A DNA stretch of 64,000 bases from Prochlorococcus sp. AG-355-P07 (GTDB lineage: Bacteria; Cyanobacteriota; Cyanobacteriia; PCC-6307; Cyanobiaceae): NCBI GenBank assembly GCA_003280575.1, contig QCEN01000009.1:25-64024 (forward strand), given 5' to 3'. The position numbers and the translations under genes are program-made. Positions 52,714-63,407 of the stretch are shown here, piece by piece (position 1 is the first letter of the stretch; the number at the start of each line of letters is the position of its first letter). The notes below the pieces were generated by a model that was not told the DNA's origin, did no database searches, and was given only the letters and a program-made list of their open reading frames with translations.

Positions 52714-52923
52714 TCAAATATCAACATTATTTTCTTGAACACTTATAATTAACTTGCTTATTTTCCTTTCAAGCGCGGCAAGTTCGCTTCTTATTTCTGG
52801 CCATTTACCCTTATCAAGATTTTCTAGTAGCCACGCTCTATCTTGATCAAGTTTAAAAATTAAATCTCCTTGATTAGCAGTATTAGAATCTTGCATAATA
52901 CTTATTAGCCCATTTAAAATCAT
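52714..52923 (-). CDS. Hypothetical 69-aa protein
   Basis: ORF only. Confidence 0.4.
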   Translation of the reverse strand: MILNGLISIMQDSNTANQGDLIFKLDQDRAWLLENLDKGKWPEIRSELAALERKISKLIISVQENNVDI

Positions 52924-52937
52924 TCTACTAAATCAAA

Positions 52938-53468
52938 ATGAAGAAATACTTATCACCTGGAAACTTAATCGTAACCGCAGGGGGTATATTAGCTTTTGTT
53001 GGAATGACTGCTTATTTTACAGACTCAGTGAACTTAAGTGTACCAACTTTTTTTTATGGAGTACCTATTTTCCTTATTGGCTTAGGCTTAAAGACTTCCG
53101 AAATACCTCCTGTAGAGTTATTTGACAAGACAAATTTTGCGACAAATAAATTTAATAGACCAAAAGAACTAACAGCACTAGTTAAAGACGTTACAAGATG
53201 GAGGTATGGGATAAAAGCTCATCTTGAATCGTCATTAGAATCTTTAAATTTGTGGGACGAGGATAACCCCCCTCAATTAAAAGAAATAGAAGAAATTACA
53301 AAGGAAGAAAAAAATGGTCTCAGAATGCGTTTCGAATTAAACGCTGTCCCTCTAGAAAAATGGATTGACAAACAAGAAAGATTAAATAGGTTTTTCGTCA
53401 AAGGTCTTGAATCAGAATTTATTATCGACGATAATAAAAAAGAATTTGATTTTATTCTCTTTTATTGA
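52938..53468 (+). CDS. Conserved hypothetical membrane protein (two N-terminal TM helices)
   Basis: 176-aa ORF with a TM pattern. No confident family assignment. Confidence 0.5.
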   Translation: MKKYLSPGNLIVTAGGILAFVGMTAYFTDSVNLSVPTFFYGVPIFLIGLGLKTSEIPPVELFDKTNFATNKFNRPKELTALVKDVTRWRYGIKAHLESSLESLNLWDEDNPPQLKEIEEITKEEKNGLRMRFELNAVPLEKWIDKQERLNRFFVKGLESEFIIDDNKKEFDFILFY

Positions 53469-53532
53469 ATATAGGGATATATTTGTAAAAACCTTATTTC
53501 TCAATTCAATCAATTTTTAATGAATTTCAATA

Positions 53533-54384
53533 ATGAATGATTCTCAAAGGGTATCAATATTAAGCGAAGCACTTCCATATATACAAAGTTTCTCAGGTAG
53601 AAAAATTGTTATCAAGTATGGTGGTTCTGTTATGGAGAATGATAATTTAAAAAATGCTTTTTTTAGAGACATTGCACTTTTATCAACCGTTGGGGTTTGT
53701 CCAATAGTAATTCATGGAGGTGGACCAGAGATTAATAATTGGTTAGAGAAATTAGAAATATCTCCTAAATTCGAAAATGGATTAAGAATTACTGATCAAA
53801 AAACAATGGAAATTGTCGAGATGGTTCTAATGGGTAGAGTTAACAAACAAATTGTAAAAGGGATTAATAAAACTGGATCCTTAGCTGTGGGAATATCAGG
53901 TCTTGATGGAAACTTAATTGAATCTAGAGAACTAGGAGATGGTAGCCATGGGTTAGTGGGAGAGGTTACAAAAATCAATCCTGAAATATTAGATCCTCTT
54001 ATTTCTAAAGGATATATCCCAATTATTTCTAGCATTGGATCAACCTTGAAGGGAATTTCCCATAACATCAATGCAGATTTTGTTGCTGGAGAAATTGCTG
54101 CTGCAATAAATGCAGAAAAACTTATTCTTCTAACTGATACTCAAGGTATTTTAAAAGAAAAAGATAACAAAAATAGTCTTGTTGAAAAAACTAATCTTAA
54201 AGAGGCAAGGGATTTTATTGATAAAAAAATTGTGACTGAAGGTATGATTCCAAAGACAGAATGCTGTATAAGAGCTTTAGCCCAAGGAGTCAAAGCAGCT
54301 CACATAATTGATGGAAGAATAGAACATTCAATACTTCTTGAGATTTTTACAAATTCCGGAATAGGTACAATGATAGTCGCCTAA
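53533..54384 (+). CDS. argB: N-acetylglutamate kinase
   Basis: 283 aa; [10 protein letters not shown] and [10 protein letters not shown] motifs. Confidence 0.95.
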   Translation: MNDSQRVSILSEALPYIQSFSGRKIVIKYGGSVMENDNLKNAFFRDIALLSTVGVCPIVIHGGGPEINNWLEKLEISPKFENGLRITDQKTMEIVEMVLMGRVNKQIVKGINKTGSLAVGISGLDGNLIESRELGDGSHGLVGEVTKINPEILDPLISKGYIPIISSIGSTLKGISHNINADFVAGEIAAAINAEKLILLTDTQGILKEKDNKNSLVEKTNLKEARDFIDKKIVTEGMIPKTECCIRALAQGVKAAHIIDGRIEHSILLEIFTNSGIGTMIVA

Positions 54385-54387
54385 ACC

Positions 54388-55497
54388 ATGAAAACTTATG
54401 AGCAAGTTTTAGAAAAAGTAGAACTTGCTTTAGCTAAAGGTGAGTATCATTATTGCATTGAATTTCTTTTGCCCATAATCGAATCATTTCCTTTATCAAG
54501 CAAAGAGGGAGTAAATTTAAGAACAATCTTAATTACTGCTCTATGTGGTATCAATAAAAGGGAGGAGGCTAAAAGGTTTTGTAAAGAACTTCTAAAATCT
54601 TACGATAATAAGACGAGAGAAAATGCAAAATATTTGATGGAAGTTATAGACTCTCCTGACATTAAAAAGCCAGAAAATTGGAACGTACAGTTTGAAAGCG
54701 ACCCATCACTCAATAGAAAATCTCTCGACTCACTCCGCAAAAAAAAAGAAGTATTGAAGAAAAAAAAATTTATTAATGTAACTGAGACACCAACTGGTGA
54801 AACAAAACCCTTTCAGAAAGGCTTTTCACTAATCATTTTTTTAATACTATTATTATTAATTCCACTTTTAAGTGGCTGCGTAAAAATTGAGGATACTCTT
54901 GATCTTAGTGAACTTGATTCAATAACCAATAATTTAGTGATAGAGAGTAAATACATAAAGAAATTGCCTTGGCAATTAAAATTTGAAGAGAAGATGAAAG
55001 ATATTTTTCCTGACGCAGACATTGAACAAGACGAATCAGCCTTTTCTTTGAAACATAAAAACCTCAATTTAGAAGATACAAAACAAGTTCTTAAAATCAC
55101 CCAAAATACAGCTGGAGAGTTAGCGGGAGAATCAACAAATATAGAAATTAATACTACTCAAAAAAACTTCATTTTTTTTAAAAAATACTTTTACAGGTTA
55201 GATTTGGATCTAAATTCTATTCAAGGTATTGATAATTTAGAACTAATTTTCAAAATTATTCACCCTAATAAAGCTAGCATTAGTGATAAAAATAATTCAA
55301 ATATAAAAATCACAAAAAATCAAATAACTTGGAATTTAAATCAAGGGCGAATAAATAGTCTTGAATTTTCTTTTTGGAGCCTCAATAAACTTTTGATTGG
55401 GATACCTATTCTTTTAATAATTATAATATTGGCTTATTTATTAAGATTATATAGATTTAAATTAGGTTCAGATCTACCTCAACTTCCATCAAAGTAA
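54388..55497 (+). CDS. Conserved hypothetical membrane protein (TPR-like N-terminus, two TM segments)
   Basis: 369-aa ORF directly after argB. No confident family. Confidence 0.5.
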   Translation: MKTYEQVLEKVELALAKGEYHYCIEFLLPIIESFPLSSKEGVNLRTILITALCGINKREEAKRFCKELLKSYDNKTRENAKYLMEVIDSPDIKKPENWNVQFESDPSLNRKSLDSLRKKKEVLKKKKFINVTETPTGETKPFQKGFSLIIFLILLLLIPLLSGCVKIEDTLDLSELDSITNNLVIESKYIKKLPWQLKFEEKMKDIFPDADIEQDESAFSLKHKNLNLEDTKQVLKITQNTAGELAGESTNIEINTTQKNFIFFKKYFYRLDLDLNSIQGIDNLELIFKIIHPNKASISDKNNSNIKITKNQITWNLNQGRINSLEFSFWSLNKLLIGIPILLIIIILAYLLRLYRFKLGSDLPQLPSK

Positions 55498-57774
55498 TTA
55501 CAACTCTGCTGGATTAACATCTATTGTTAAAAAAACATTTTTTGGAATAAGTTTCCATAATATTGTTCTATCAGGTAAAGGTATCGTTGTTCCTTCAGGA
55601 CCATGTATTAATATCTGCCATCTAAATTTTTTACCGACTTTAGTAATTAAACTTGGAGCAGGGCCAATTAATTTCCAGTTCTTTTTCTCACAAAAATTGA
55701 GTAGATATTTTGCTAATTTTATTGCAATTGACTCAGTTAATTCATAATTTTCACCTGATAATTTAAGAAGGCAAATTGTGCAAAAAGGGAATAAATTAGC
55801 ATCTTTTCTCAATTTGGAGTTTTCAGTTAAGAATCTTTCATAATCTCTTTTCTGAAGATACGAAATTACCGGGTGGTTAGGTTTATATGTTTGAAAAATT
55901 ACTTTTCCTTTTTTTTGAGCCCTGCCTGCCCTGCCAGCTAGTTGCAAAAACAATTGTAATGATTTTTCTTCTGCCGAAATATCTGGACGATGAAGCAACC
56001 CATCTGCTGCAATAACTACTGAAAGAGTAATGTTGGGGATATCAATCCCTTTTGCCAACATTTGAGTTCCCACAAGAATATCAGCTTCACCTTTAGAAAA
56101 CTTTGAAAGAATATCTCTATGACCATCTTTCCCTGAGGTTGTATCTCTATCAAAGCGAAGTACTCTTAAGTCAGGAAATTCTTCATTTAAAAACTCTATT
56201 ACCCTTTGCGTACCTATTCCAAAAGGTTTAAAGGCGGTTGAATGGCAATCTGGGCAACGATTGATCAATCTTGATTTATGATCACACCAATGGCAGCGTA
56301 ACCATTTTTTCCCTTGTGAACCAAGATGCACTGATAAAGGAACATCACAGTTAGGGCAATTAATTAAATATCCGCAATTTCTACAACTTAAAAACCCACT
56401 GTGTCCCCTCCTAGGGATCAAAATTATCGCCTGCTCTTTTTTTATGCGTAGTTGAGGAAGCAATTGTAATAATTCATTGGAAAAAATTTTCATATTTCCT
56501 TTCTTGAACTCATCCCGCATATCAATAATTCTTATTTCAGGAATCTCATTACTGGATATCCTTTGAATCATTCTTACCAATTTAAAATTCTTTTCAAAAA
56601 TACACTTTTTCCAAGTCTTCATTGATGGGGTTGCACTCCCAAAAATTAACTTTGCTGAATTCCTTTTTACTATTTCAATAGCAATCTCTCTTGCGTCATA
56701 ACAAGGCATAGGACTATCTTGTTTATAAGAAACATCATGTTCTTCATCCATGATTATTAATCCTAGATTTTTCATTGGAAGAAAAACTGCGGACCTTGTT
56801 CCTATTACTATTAAAGGTTCATTGGCATTATTAATTCTCTTCCAAACCAAGGTCCTATGATTAGGAGAACAGTTACTATGGTATTCGTAAACAACATTAT
56901 TAAATCGCCGACTAAACCTATCAATAAGTTGAGGAATTAGTCCGATTTCTGGGGCTAGTATCAAACAACTTTTTTTCTTAAGAAGTTGATCTTCAGCAAT
57001 TCGCATATAAACTTCTGTTTTACCTGAACCTGTTTCGCCCCATAGAAGTAAAACATCTCCTGGTTTCATTGTTTGAAATTCTTGAAATGCAATTTTTTGC
57101 TCATTTGTAAGATTTGGTTTTTTAGTTGCAATATGATCATTTGAAAAGGAATTAAATTTAGTATTTATATTTTTTTTTCTTTTAGACTTAACAAGGTAAT
57201 TTTTACTAACCATTGAGCTAATTAAAGTATAATTAAAACCAGACTTTATTAATTCACTTTGCCAATTCCCTTTTTCAGGCAAAGTATTCATTAAAAAAAA
57301 TTCTTTTTTGGTTAATCCATTTTTCTTAATATCAAATCCTTTTTTAGTTTCAATCCATATTTGATCTTTTAAACCTTTTGAAAAATTCTTATATTTACCA
57401 ATCCAGCCAGGAGGAAATGCAGTTTTTAACATTTTTAAATTACTAACCATATAAAAAGAGGCTAGGGACTCTATACATTCTCTCCAAGAGTCATCAATTA
57501 TTTTTTTCTGCAAAATACTTTCAACAAACAAATATCTTATGCTTTTCCCTCGAGTAATATTTGCTGCATCATTATTGATTGTCGAAAAGTTTTTTTTTGA
57601 GATCACCAACCCATTCAATAATCTCCCTCTTAGTCTCACACTTACAATATCTCCAACTTCTGCCCCAAGATTATTTCCATCTAAATAGTAAAAACTTTCA
57701 TTACTACTACCTATATCAAGCAAAATTTCCAATTTGTAGGAGATATTTGATAACTGATTACTTGCCGGCTTCAA
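55498..57774 (-). CDS. priA: Primosomal protein N' (replication restart helicase PriA)
   Basis: 758 aa with Walker A GETGSGKT, DEEHD, and Cys-rich zinc motifs CRNCGY..CPNCD..CHWCD..CPDC. TTG start uncertain. Confidence 0.92.
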   Translation of the reverse strand: MKPASNQLSNISYKLEILLDIGSSNESFYYLDGNNLGAEVGDIVSVRLRGRLLNGLVISKKNFSTINNDAANITRGKSIRYLFVESILQKKIIDDSWRECIESLASFYMVSNLKMLKTAFPPGWIGKYKNFSKGLKDQIWIETKKGFDIKKNGLTKKEFFLMNTLPEKGNWQSELIKSGFNYTLISSMVSKNYLVKSKRKKNINTKFNSFSNDHIATKKPNLTNEQKIAFQEFQTMKPGDVLLLWGETGSGKTEVYMRIAEDQLLKKKSCLILAPEIGLIPQLIDRFSRRFNNVVYEYHSNCSPNHRTLVWKRINNANEPLIVIGTRSAVFLPMKNLGLIIMDEEHDVSYKQDSPMPCYDAREIAIEIVKRNSAKLIFGSATPSMKTWKKCIFEKNFKLVRMIQRISSNEIPEIRIIDMRDEFKKGNMKIFSNELLQLLPQLRIKKEQAIILIPRRGHSGFLSCRNCGYLINCPNCDVPLSVHLGSQGKKWLRCHWCDHKSRLINRCPDCHSTAFKPFGIGTQRVIEFLNEEFPDLRVLRFDRDTTSGKDGHRDILSKFSKGEADILVGTQMLAKGIDIPNITLSVVIAADGLLHRPDISAEEKSLQLFLQLAGRAGRAQKKGKVIFQTYKPNHPVISYLQKRDYERFLTENSKLRKDANLFPFCTICLLKLSGENYELTESIAIKLAKYLLNFCEKKNWKLIGPAPSLITKVGKKFRWQILIHGPEGTTIPLPDRTILWKLIPKNVFLTIDVNPAEL

Positions 57775-57797
57775 AACTTTTTCTTAATATTGGATTG

Positions 57798-57811
57798 TTG
57801 AACATTCCACA
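57798..57811 (+). repeat. Copy C of TTGAACATTCCACA (plus-strand reading) in the priA/rpoD divergent intergenic region
   Basis: Exact 14-mer, and a 15-mer with the preceding G shared with copy B. A 9-nt spacer then leads to the half-similar TTGCACATT at 57821-57829. Confidence 0.9.
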
Positions 57812-58095
57812 AAGTGTTTTTTGCACATTGTAAGTATCCTGCTCTTAAGGGAGACATGAAGCTTTGATCATTGACTGAAAATTCAAAATGATCTGCCTGT
57901 CTGAGAAATCCCAAGACTTTTTACTTTAGGTAATCTATAGCACTATTTAAATTTTTCAACAATTTAGAAAACTTTTCTATTTCTCATTTTGTGAAAAAGT
58001 TTTTTAAGCATTAAGGGTAACTTTACTACTAATTGTTCAAATTAACCCTAAATAAAATTTTATCTAGTTAAATTCACCTTAGATAGGAGTCAATT

Positions 58096-59277
58096 ATGTG
58101 TCCAGTCGCAGCAGAATCAAAAAATTCCAAGTCTAGTTCAAAAAAAAAGATCAATAAAAAAATTAATCCAAATTTAGAAACAGTAGTTGAAGGAGATGGT
58201 ATTAAAAATAGTCAAAATTCGCAGACATCTTCCGAGTTAAACGAAAGCAGTATTGAAAATAATAATGAATTTAATGATTCTGAAGAAGAAGATAAAGGGC
58301 TTGGGAATATAAAGCTTGGCCCAAAAGGTATCTACACTGAAGATTCAATAAGAGTTTATCTCCAAGAAATCGGAAGAATTAGACTTTTAAGACCAGATGA
58401 AGAAATTGAACTTGCAAGAAAAATTGCTGATTTACTGCAATTAGAAGAATTAGCAACTCAATATGAGTCAGAAAAAGGGCATTTCCCATCAGTAAGAGAA
58501 TGGGCCGAGTTAATAGATATGCCTCTTTCCAAATTTAGAAGAAGACTTCTTTTAGGGAGGAGAGCTAAAGAAAAAATGGTTCAATCAAATTTAAGATTAG
58601 TTGTTTCCATTGCAAAAAAATATATGAATAGAGGTTTATCATTTCAAGATTTAATCCAAGAAGGAAGTTTGGGTCTAATTAGGGCCGCGGAAAAATTTGA
58701 CCATGAAAAAGGTTATAAGTTCTCTACATACGCGACTTGGTGGATTCGACAAGCCATTACAAGAGCAATTGCGGATCAAAGTAGAACTATTAGATTGCCA
58801 GTTCACTTATACGAGACAATATCCAGAATTAAAAAAACCACAAAAGTTCTTAGCCAAGAATTTGGCAGGAAGCCTAGTGAAGAAGAAATCGCTGAAAGTA
58901 TGGAAATGACAATTGAAAAATTAAGATTTATAGCTAAAAGTGCGCAACTTCCTATTTCTTTAGAAACTCCAATTGGGAAAGAAGAAGACTCAAGACTTGG
59001 AGACTTTATAGAGGCTGATATAGAAAATCCAGAGCAAGATGTTTCTAAAACTTTATTAAGAGAAGATTTGGAAGGAGTATTAGCCACTTTAAGTCCGAGA
59101 GAAAGAGATGTTCTCAGATTGAGATATGGGATTGATGATGGAAGAATGAAAACTCTTGAAGAAATTGGCCAGATTTTTGATGTGACAAGAGAAAGAATTA
59201 GACAAATAGAGGCAAAAGCCCTAAGAAAACTTAGACATCCAAATCGAAATGGGGTTTTAAAAGAATATATAAAATAA
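58096..59277 (+). CDS. rpoD: Principal (group 1) RNA polymerase sigma factor
   Basis: 393 aa with regions 1.2-4.2 recognisable ([63 protein letters not shown]). Confidence 0.95.
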   Translation: MCPVAAESKNSKSSSKKKINKKINPNLETVVEGDGIKNSQNSQTSSELNESSIENNNEFNDSEEEDKGLGNIKLGPKGIYTEDSIRVYLQEIGRIRLLRPDEEIELARKIADLLQLEELATQYESEKGHFPSVREWAELIDMPLSKFRRRLLLGRRAKEKMVQSNLRLVVSIAKKYMNRGLSFQDLIQEGSLGLIRAAEKFDHEKGYKFSTYATWWIRQAITRAIADQSRTIRLPVHLYETISRIKKTTKVLSQEFGRKPSEEEIAESMEMTIEKLRFIAKSAQLPISLETPIGKEEDSRLGDFIEADIENPEQDVSKTLLREDLEGVLATLSPRERDVLRLRYGIDDGRMKTLEEIGQIFDVTRERIRQIEAKALRKLRHPNRNGVLKEYIK

Positions 59278-59373
59278 AAAAAGTTAAGTATAGTTTTCAG
59301 CTTTAGAAACTTGCAAAAGAATAGCTTAAAATAAATTCGACTTTATTTTAATTCAAATTCAAAATAATATTTA

Positions 59374-60324
59374 ATGACTAATTTTAAGCTGAAAATAGCT
59401 AGTAGAAGAAGCAAACTAGCAATGGTTCAAACTTTATGGGTTAAAGATCAACTAGAAAGAAATATTCCCAATTTAGAGGTATCTATAGAAGCTATGGCAA
59501 CTCAAGGTGACAAAATCCTTGATGTAGCCTTAGCAAAAATAGGCGACAAAGGCCTATTTACAAAAGAACTTGAAGCACAAATGCTCGTAGGCAATGCAGA
59601 TATTGCAGTACATTCTCTGAAAGATTTACCAACCAATTTGCCTAGTGGCCTTAAATTAGGATGCATCACAAAAAGAGAGGATCCTGCAGATGCTTTAGTA
59701 GTAAGCAAAAAAAATGACTGTTATAAGCTAGAAACCTTACCTGAAGGTTCGATTGTTGGAACAAGCTCCCTAAGAAGACTTGCACAATTAAGAAATAAGT
59801 ACCCCTATCTTGTTTTCAAAGATATCAGGGGAAATGTTATTACAAGAATTGAAAAATTAGATGCAGGAGAATTTGATTGTATAATACTTGCGGCCGCTGG
59901 TTTAAAGAGATTAGGCTTTGAATCAAGAATTCACCAGATTATTCCAAGTGAAGTTTCCCTTCATGCCGTTGGCCAAGGAGCACTAGGCATTGAATGTAAA
60001 TCTGATGATAAAAAAGTTTTAGAAATTATAAATATCTTAGAAGATAAACCCACCAGTCAAAAATGTCTAGCAGAAAGGGCTTTTTTAAGAGAGCTTGAAG
60101 GTGGATGCCAAGTCCCAATAGGTGTGAATAGTAAAATTCAGAATGAACAACTTTGCCTTACTGGTATGGTTGCATCTCTTGATGGAGAAAGGCTCATTAA
60201 AGATCAATATATTGGCAATATTAATGATCCCGAAGAAGTAGGCAAAGAACTAGCTAAAAAATTAAAGCTGCAGGGTGCCGAAGAAATACTAAGCGAAATA
60301 TTTGAAAAATTTAGAGAAAAATAG
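59374..60324 (+). CDS. hemC: Porphobilinogen deaminase (hydroxymethylbilane synthase)
   Basis: [15 protein letters not shown]-terminus and GGCQVPIG cofactor-Cys motif. Confidence 0.95.
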   Translation: MTNFKLKIASRRSKLAMVQTLWVKDQLERNIPNLEVSIEAMATQGDKILDVALAKIGDKGLFTKELEAQMLVGNADIAVHSLKDLPTNLPSGLKLGCITKREDPADALVVSKKNDCYKLETLPEGSIVGTSSLRRLAQLRNKYPYLVFKDIRGNVITRIEKLDAGEFDCIILAAAGLKRLGFESRIHQIIPSEVSLHAVGQGALGIECKSDDKKVLEIINILEDKPTSQKCLAERAFLRELEGGCQVPIGVNSKIQNEQLCLTGMVASLDGERLIKDQYIGNINDPEEVGKELAKKLKLQGAEEILSEIFEKFREK

Positions 60325-60330
60325 AATTAG

Positions 60331-60921
60331 TTAATTGACTAATTTAGGATCAATTTCTTTTTTGTATCTCTCTTCACAATCTTTAATCACTTTAACAGCT
60401 TCTTCTATCCCAAAAAAACCATTGACACTGCATGTTCCTGGTTTTTTTAGATCTTTGTAGTGCTCCCAATAATACTTTGTTTCTTTTAACCAATGATCTC
60501 CAAGCTCTTCATAACTTGAGATATGATCCATTCTTTTATCATCTGCGAGAACCGCTATTACCTTATCATCGACCTCTCCACCATCATCAAATTTCATCAC
60601 CCCAATAATCCTTGCTTCCACAATAGATCCGGGTATCAATGGCTCAGTAACCCCAACAATTTCTACATCAAGTGGATCTCCATCTTCATCCCATGTCCTT
60701 GGAATACATCCATAAGCAAAAGGATACGCAAGTGATGAATAACCTACCCTATCAAGTTTAAGATGGCCCGTTTCTGTAATTAATTCATATTTATTTATGG
60801 TATTAGAGTTCAATTCAACAATAGTATTTATTATTGTATTTGAGCTATCAGTGAAAGCATTTAGTATGTGCAATAAATTGGGGGTAACCCTGCTTGGGGG
60901 CTGATTTAGATTTGCCATCAA
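60331..60921 (-). CDS. ppa: Family I inorganic pyrophosphatase, second paralogue with a complete catalytic residue set
   Basis: INKYE, LDRV, YPFAYG, DEDGDPLDV, DDGGEVDDKVIAV and WEHYKDLKK motifs all align to the E. coli-type PPase active site. Confidence 0.85.
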   Translation of the reverse strand: MMANLNQPPSRVTPNLLHILNAFTDSSNTIINTIVELNSNTINKYELITETGHLKLDRVGYSSLAYPFAYGCIPRTWDEDGDPLDVEIVGVTEPLIPGSIVEARIIGVMKFDDGGEVDDKVIAVLADDKRMDHISSYEELGDHWLKETKYYWEHYKDLKKPGTCSVNGFFGIEEAVKVIKDCEERYKKEIDPKLVN

Positions 60922-60981
60922 GAAATTATTTTTGTTTATCTTACATCCTCACACCTAACCAAATTCTTTAAAAGTAATGTT

Positions 60982-62487
60982 TCAGCAAAAATCATTTATT
61001 TTAGATCTTAAATGATTAATAAAATAGTTTGGCGATAGTTCTTCATTAGTTACAGCTCTTACCAACTCCATACAATTAACTGATCTGCCATATTTATGTA
61101 TATTATTTTTTAACCAAAAGATGATCTTTTGATATTCACCATTTTCAATTAAGTTGTCAATCAAACCTATATCTCTCTCCATTTGAGAAGATATTTGCGC
61201 ACTTATAACATGTCCTAACAAATATGAGGGAAAATATCCAAACGCCCCTTCACTCCAATGAACATCTTGAAGACAACCTTCTGAATCATTAGATGGTTTA
61301 ATTCCTAGGAGTTCATCATATCTTTTATTCCATTCTGTTGGAATATCTTCAGCAGGTAACCCTCTTTCAATTAAATCTATTTCAAGTTCGGTTCTTATTA
61401 ATATGTGTAAGCCATAAGTCAATTCATCCGCTTCAACCCTATTTAATCCTGCTTCCAAATGATTAATAGATTTCCATAGTTCTAAATAATTATTAAGAGG
61501 ACATCCAGCCGAAACAAATTTTTTAAAAAATCTTTTTGAAAAAGATTTGGATTTAACTATTCTATTTTCCCAAAATAAAGATTGACTTTCATGAATACCC
61601 ATAGAGGTTGCTTGACCTAAAGGCCAAGCAAACCATTGATGACTTTGAGATGGCAAACCCTGCTCATAAATAGAATGCCCCCACTCATGCGCAGTTGCTA
61701 AAAAACTTGATAATGGTTCACCTTCAACAATTCTTGTAGTGATCCTAAAATCATTCGGCCCTAATGTAATCGAGAAAGGATGGGGAGATTGTCCAACAAC
61801 AACGAGATCTCTATCTCTTCCAAATTCGTCAAGTAATTTAGAACATAAATTTTTTTGAGATTCTGGACTTAAATCCCAATGATTTTTTTTGGACTTGTTA
61901 ATTTTTCTAATCAAGCCTGGGATGGTTTCTTTCAAAGGTTGAAAAATTTTATTCAACCATTTCAAATTTAATTCAGGCTCAAAGGGTTGGGCTAATGTCT
62001 CCCAAGATGAACATTGAATAGATATTTGTTTTGCCTCTTCAATCCGCAATTTAACTAATTCTTCAAAGAAAGGAAGAAAAATTTTAAAATCTGATTTTTC
62101 CTTAGCTTCTTGCCAGCTTTCATACCCTTTAGATTTTGCCTTTGCTAGAGACTCAACTAATTTAGGATCTAAATTTCTTTCTCTATTAAATTCCTTTAAT
62201 AAAAGACTAATGTTTCTTTCTTTATCTTTTATGAAAAGTTGATTATCGGAATTTCGTTCAATATCTACTAGTTCATTTTTAGCAGATTGTATTAAATTAG
62301 AAAATTCCTCGGAAGAATTTCTTTCATGCAATACTTTTGCAATATAAGTAAGTTGTTCAGACCTCCAAGAAGCACCTCTCTTTGGCATTCCAGTATTCTG
62401 ATCCCAATAAAGTGTATTTTGGATTGAACCTAATATTTGTGTTTCTTTAAGGTAAGCACCCAGCTTATTCCAATGAGTTTCAGCCAA
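60982..62487 (-). CDS. Carboxypeptidase Taq (peptidase M32) family metallopeptidase
   Basis: HEWGH zinc motif, plus IRTELE and DVHWS-type motifs. TTG start. Confidence 0.85.
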   Translation of the reverse strand: MAETHWNKLGAYLKETQILGSIQNTLYWDQNTGMPKRGASWRSEQLTYIAKVLHERNSSEEFSNLIQSAKNELVDIERNSDNQLFIKDKERNISLLLKEFNRERNLDPKLVESLAKAKSKGYESWQEAKEKSDFKIFLPFFEELVKLRIEEAKQISIQCSSWETLAQPFEPELNLKWLNKIFQPLKETIPGLIRKINKSKKNHWDLSPESQKNLCSKLLDEFGRDRDLVVVGQSPHPFSITLGPNDFRITTRIVEGEPLSSFLATAHEWGHSIYEQGLPSQSHQWFAWPLGQATSMGIHESQSLFWENRIVKSKSFSKRFFKKFVSAGCPLNNYLELWKSINHLEAGLNRVEADELTYGLHILIRTELEIDLIERGLPAEDIPTEWNKRYDELLGIKPSNDSEGCLQDVHWSEGAFGYFPSYLLGHVISAQISSQMERDIGLIDNLIENGEYQKIIFWLKNNIHKYGRSVNCMELVRAVTNEELSPNYFINHLRSKINDFC

Positions 62488-62595
62488 AGATTTAAATGGA
62501 AATTAAATTTATCTTAAGATAAAAATTTTAATGTCTGCAGTAAAACATTCATCTTTATCCATAATAGGATATTGATTAATTAAGTTTTAACTTAT

Positions 62596-63051
62596 ATGGA
62601 ACAAATATTTTCAAAATTAAAATTCATAACCCATGGGGAGGGTTTTATTGATATCACTTATGATTTAAATTTATGTGTTGAAAAAAATAATTTTCATTCC
62701 GGAATTTTAAATTTAACTTCACTTCATACAAGTTGCAGTTTAACTATTAATGAAAACGCAGATCCAAATGTACTGAGGGACCTAAAAAAGTATATGCAAT
62801 CGATAGTTCCCTATGATTCATACTTAACCTTATCTAAAAAAAGAGAAGAAATATCCTATAAACATTATCAAGAAGGAGCTGACGATATGCCAGCACATAT
62901 TAAAACATCTCTAACAAACACTTGTTTATCTTTGAGTTTTCAAAACGGGAAAATTATGCTTGGCACATGGCAAGCAGTTTATTTATGGGAACATCGATTT
63001 GATCAAAAAGAAAGAATCATAAATGTACATATAGTTGGTGAGAAAAAGTAA
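62596..63051 (+). CDS. YjbQ/UPF0047 family protein (secondary thiamine-phosphate synthase-like)
   Basis: 151 aa; HTSCSLTINENADPNV and GTWQAVYLWEH motifs. Confidence 0.8.
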   Translation: MEQIFSKLKFITHGEGFIDITYDLNLCVEKNNFHSGILNLTSLHTSCSLTINENADPNVLRDLKKYMQSIVPYDSYLTLSKKREEISYKHYQEGADDMPAHIKTSLTNTCLSLSFQNGKIMLGTWQAVYLWEHRFDQKERIINVHIVGEKK

Positions 63052-63087
63052 GCTATTTATAATGTAATCAGTCAGATTTCTTATTTA

Positions 63088-63378
63088 ATGGAACCCTACA
63101 TTTTGCAAGATGAAGAATTGAATGAATTAATTGTCAAAATCCCTGGCTGGGAAATTAAATCTAAACAAATCCAAAGAGAATTTAACTTCACTAATTTTAT
63201 TGAAGCCTTTGCTTTTATGACTAAGGTTGCTTTAATCTGTGAAAAATATAATCATCATCCTAACTGGGAAAATGTTTATGCAAAAGTAATAATTAAATTA
63301 AATACACATGATCTAGGAGGTATTACGAATCTGGATCAAACATTAGCTTCGGAAATCAACAAAATTTTCGATCAATAA
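63088..63378 (+). CDS. phhB: Pterin-4a-carbinolamine dehydratase (canonical PCD/DCoH)
   Basis: 96 aa with the canonical YNHHPNWENVY...TH motif. Confidence 0.85.
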   Translation: MEPYILQDEELNELIVKIPGWEIKSKQIQREFNFTNFIEAFAFMTKVALICEKYNHHPNWENVYAKVIIKLNTHDLGGITNLDQTLASEINKIFDQ

Positions 63379-63407
63379 AAAAATAAACTCGTTTTCAACT
63401 ACTCAAA

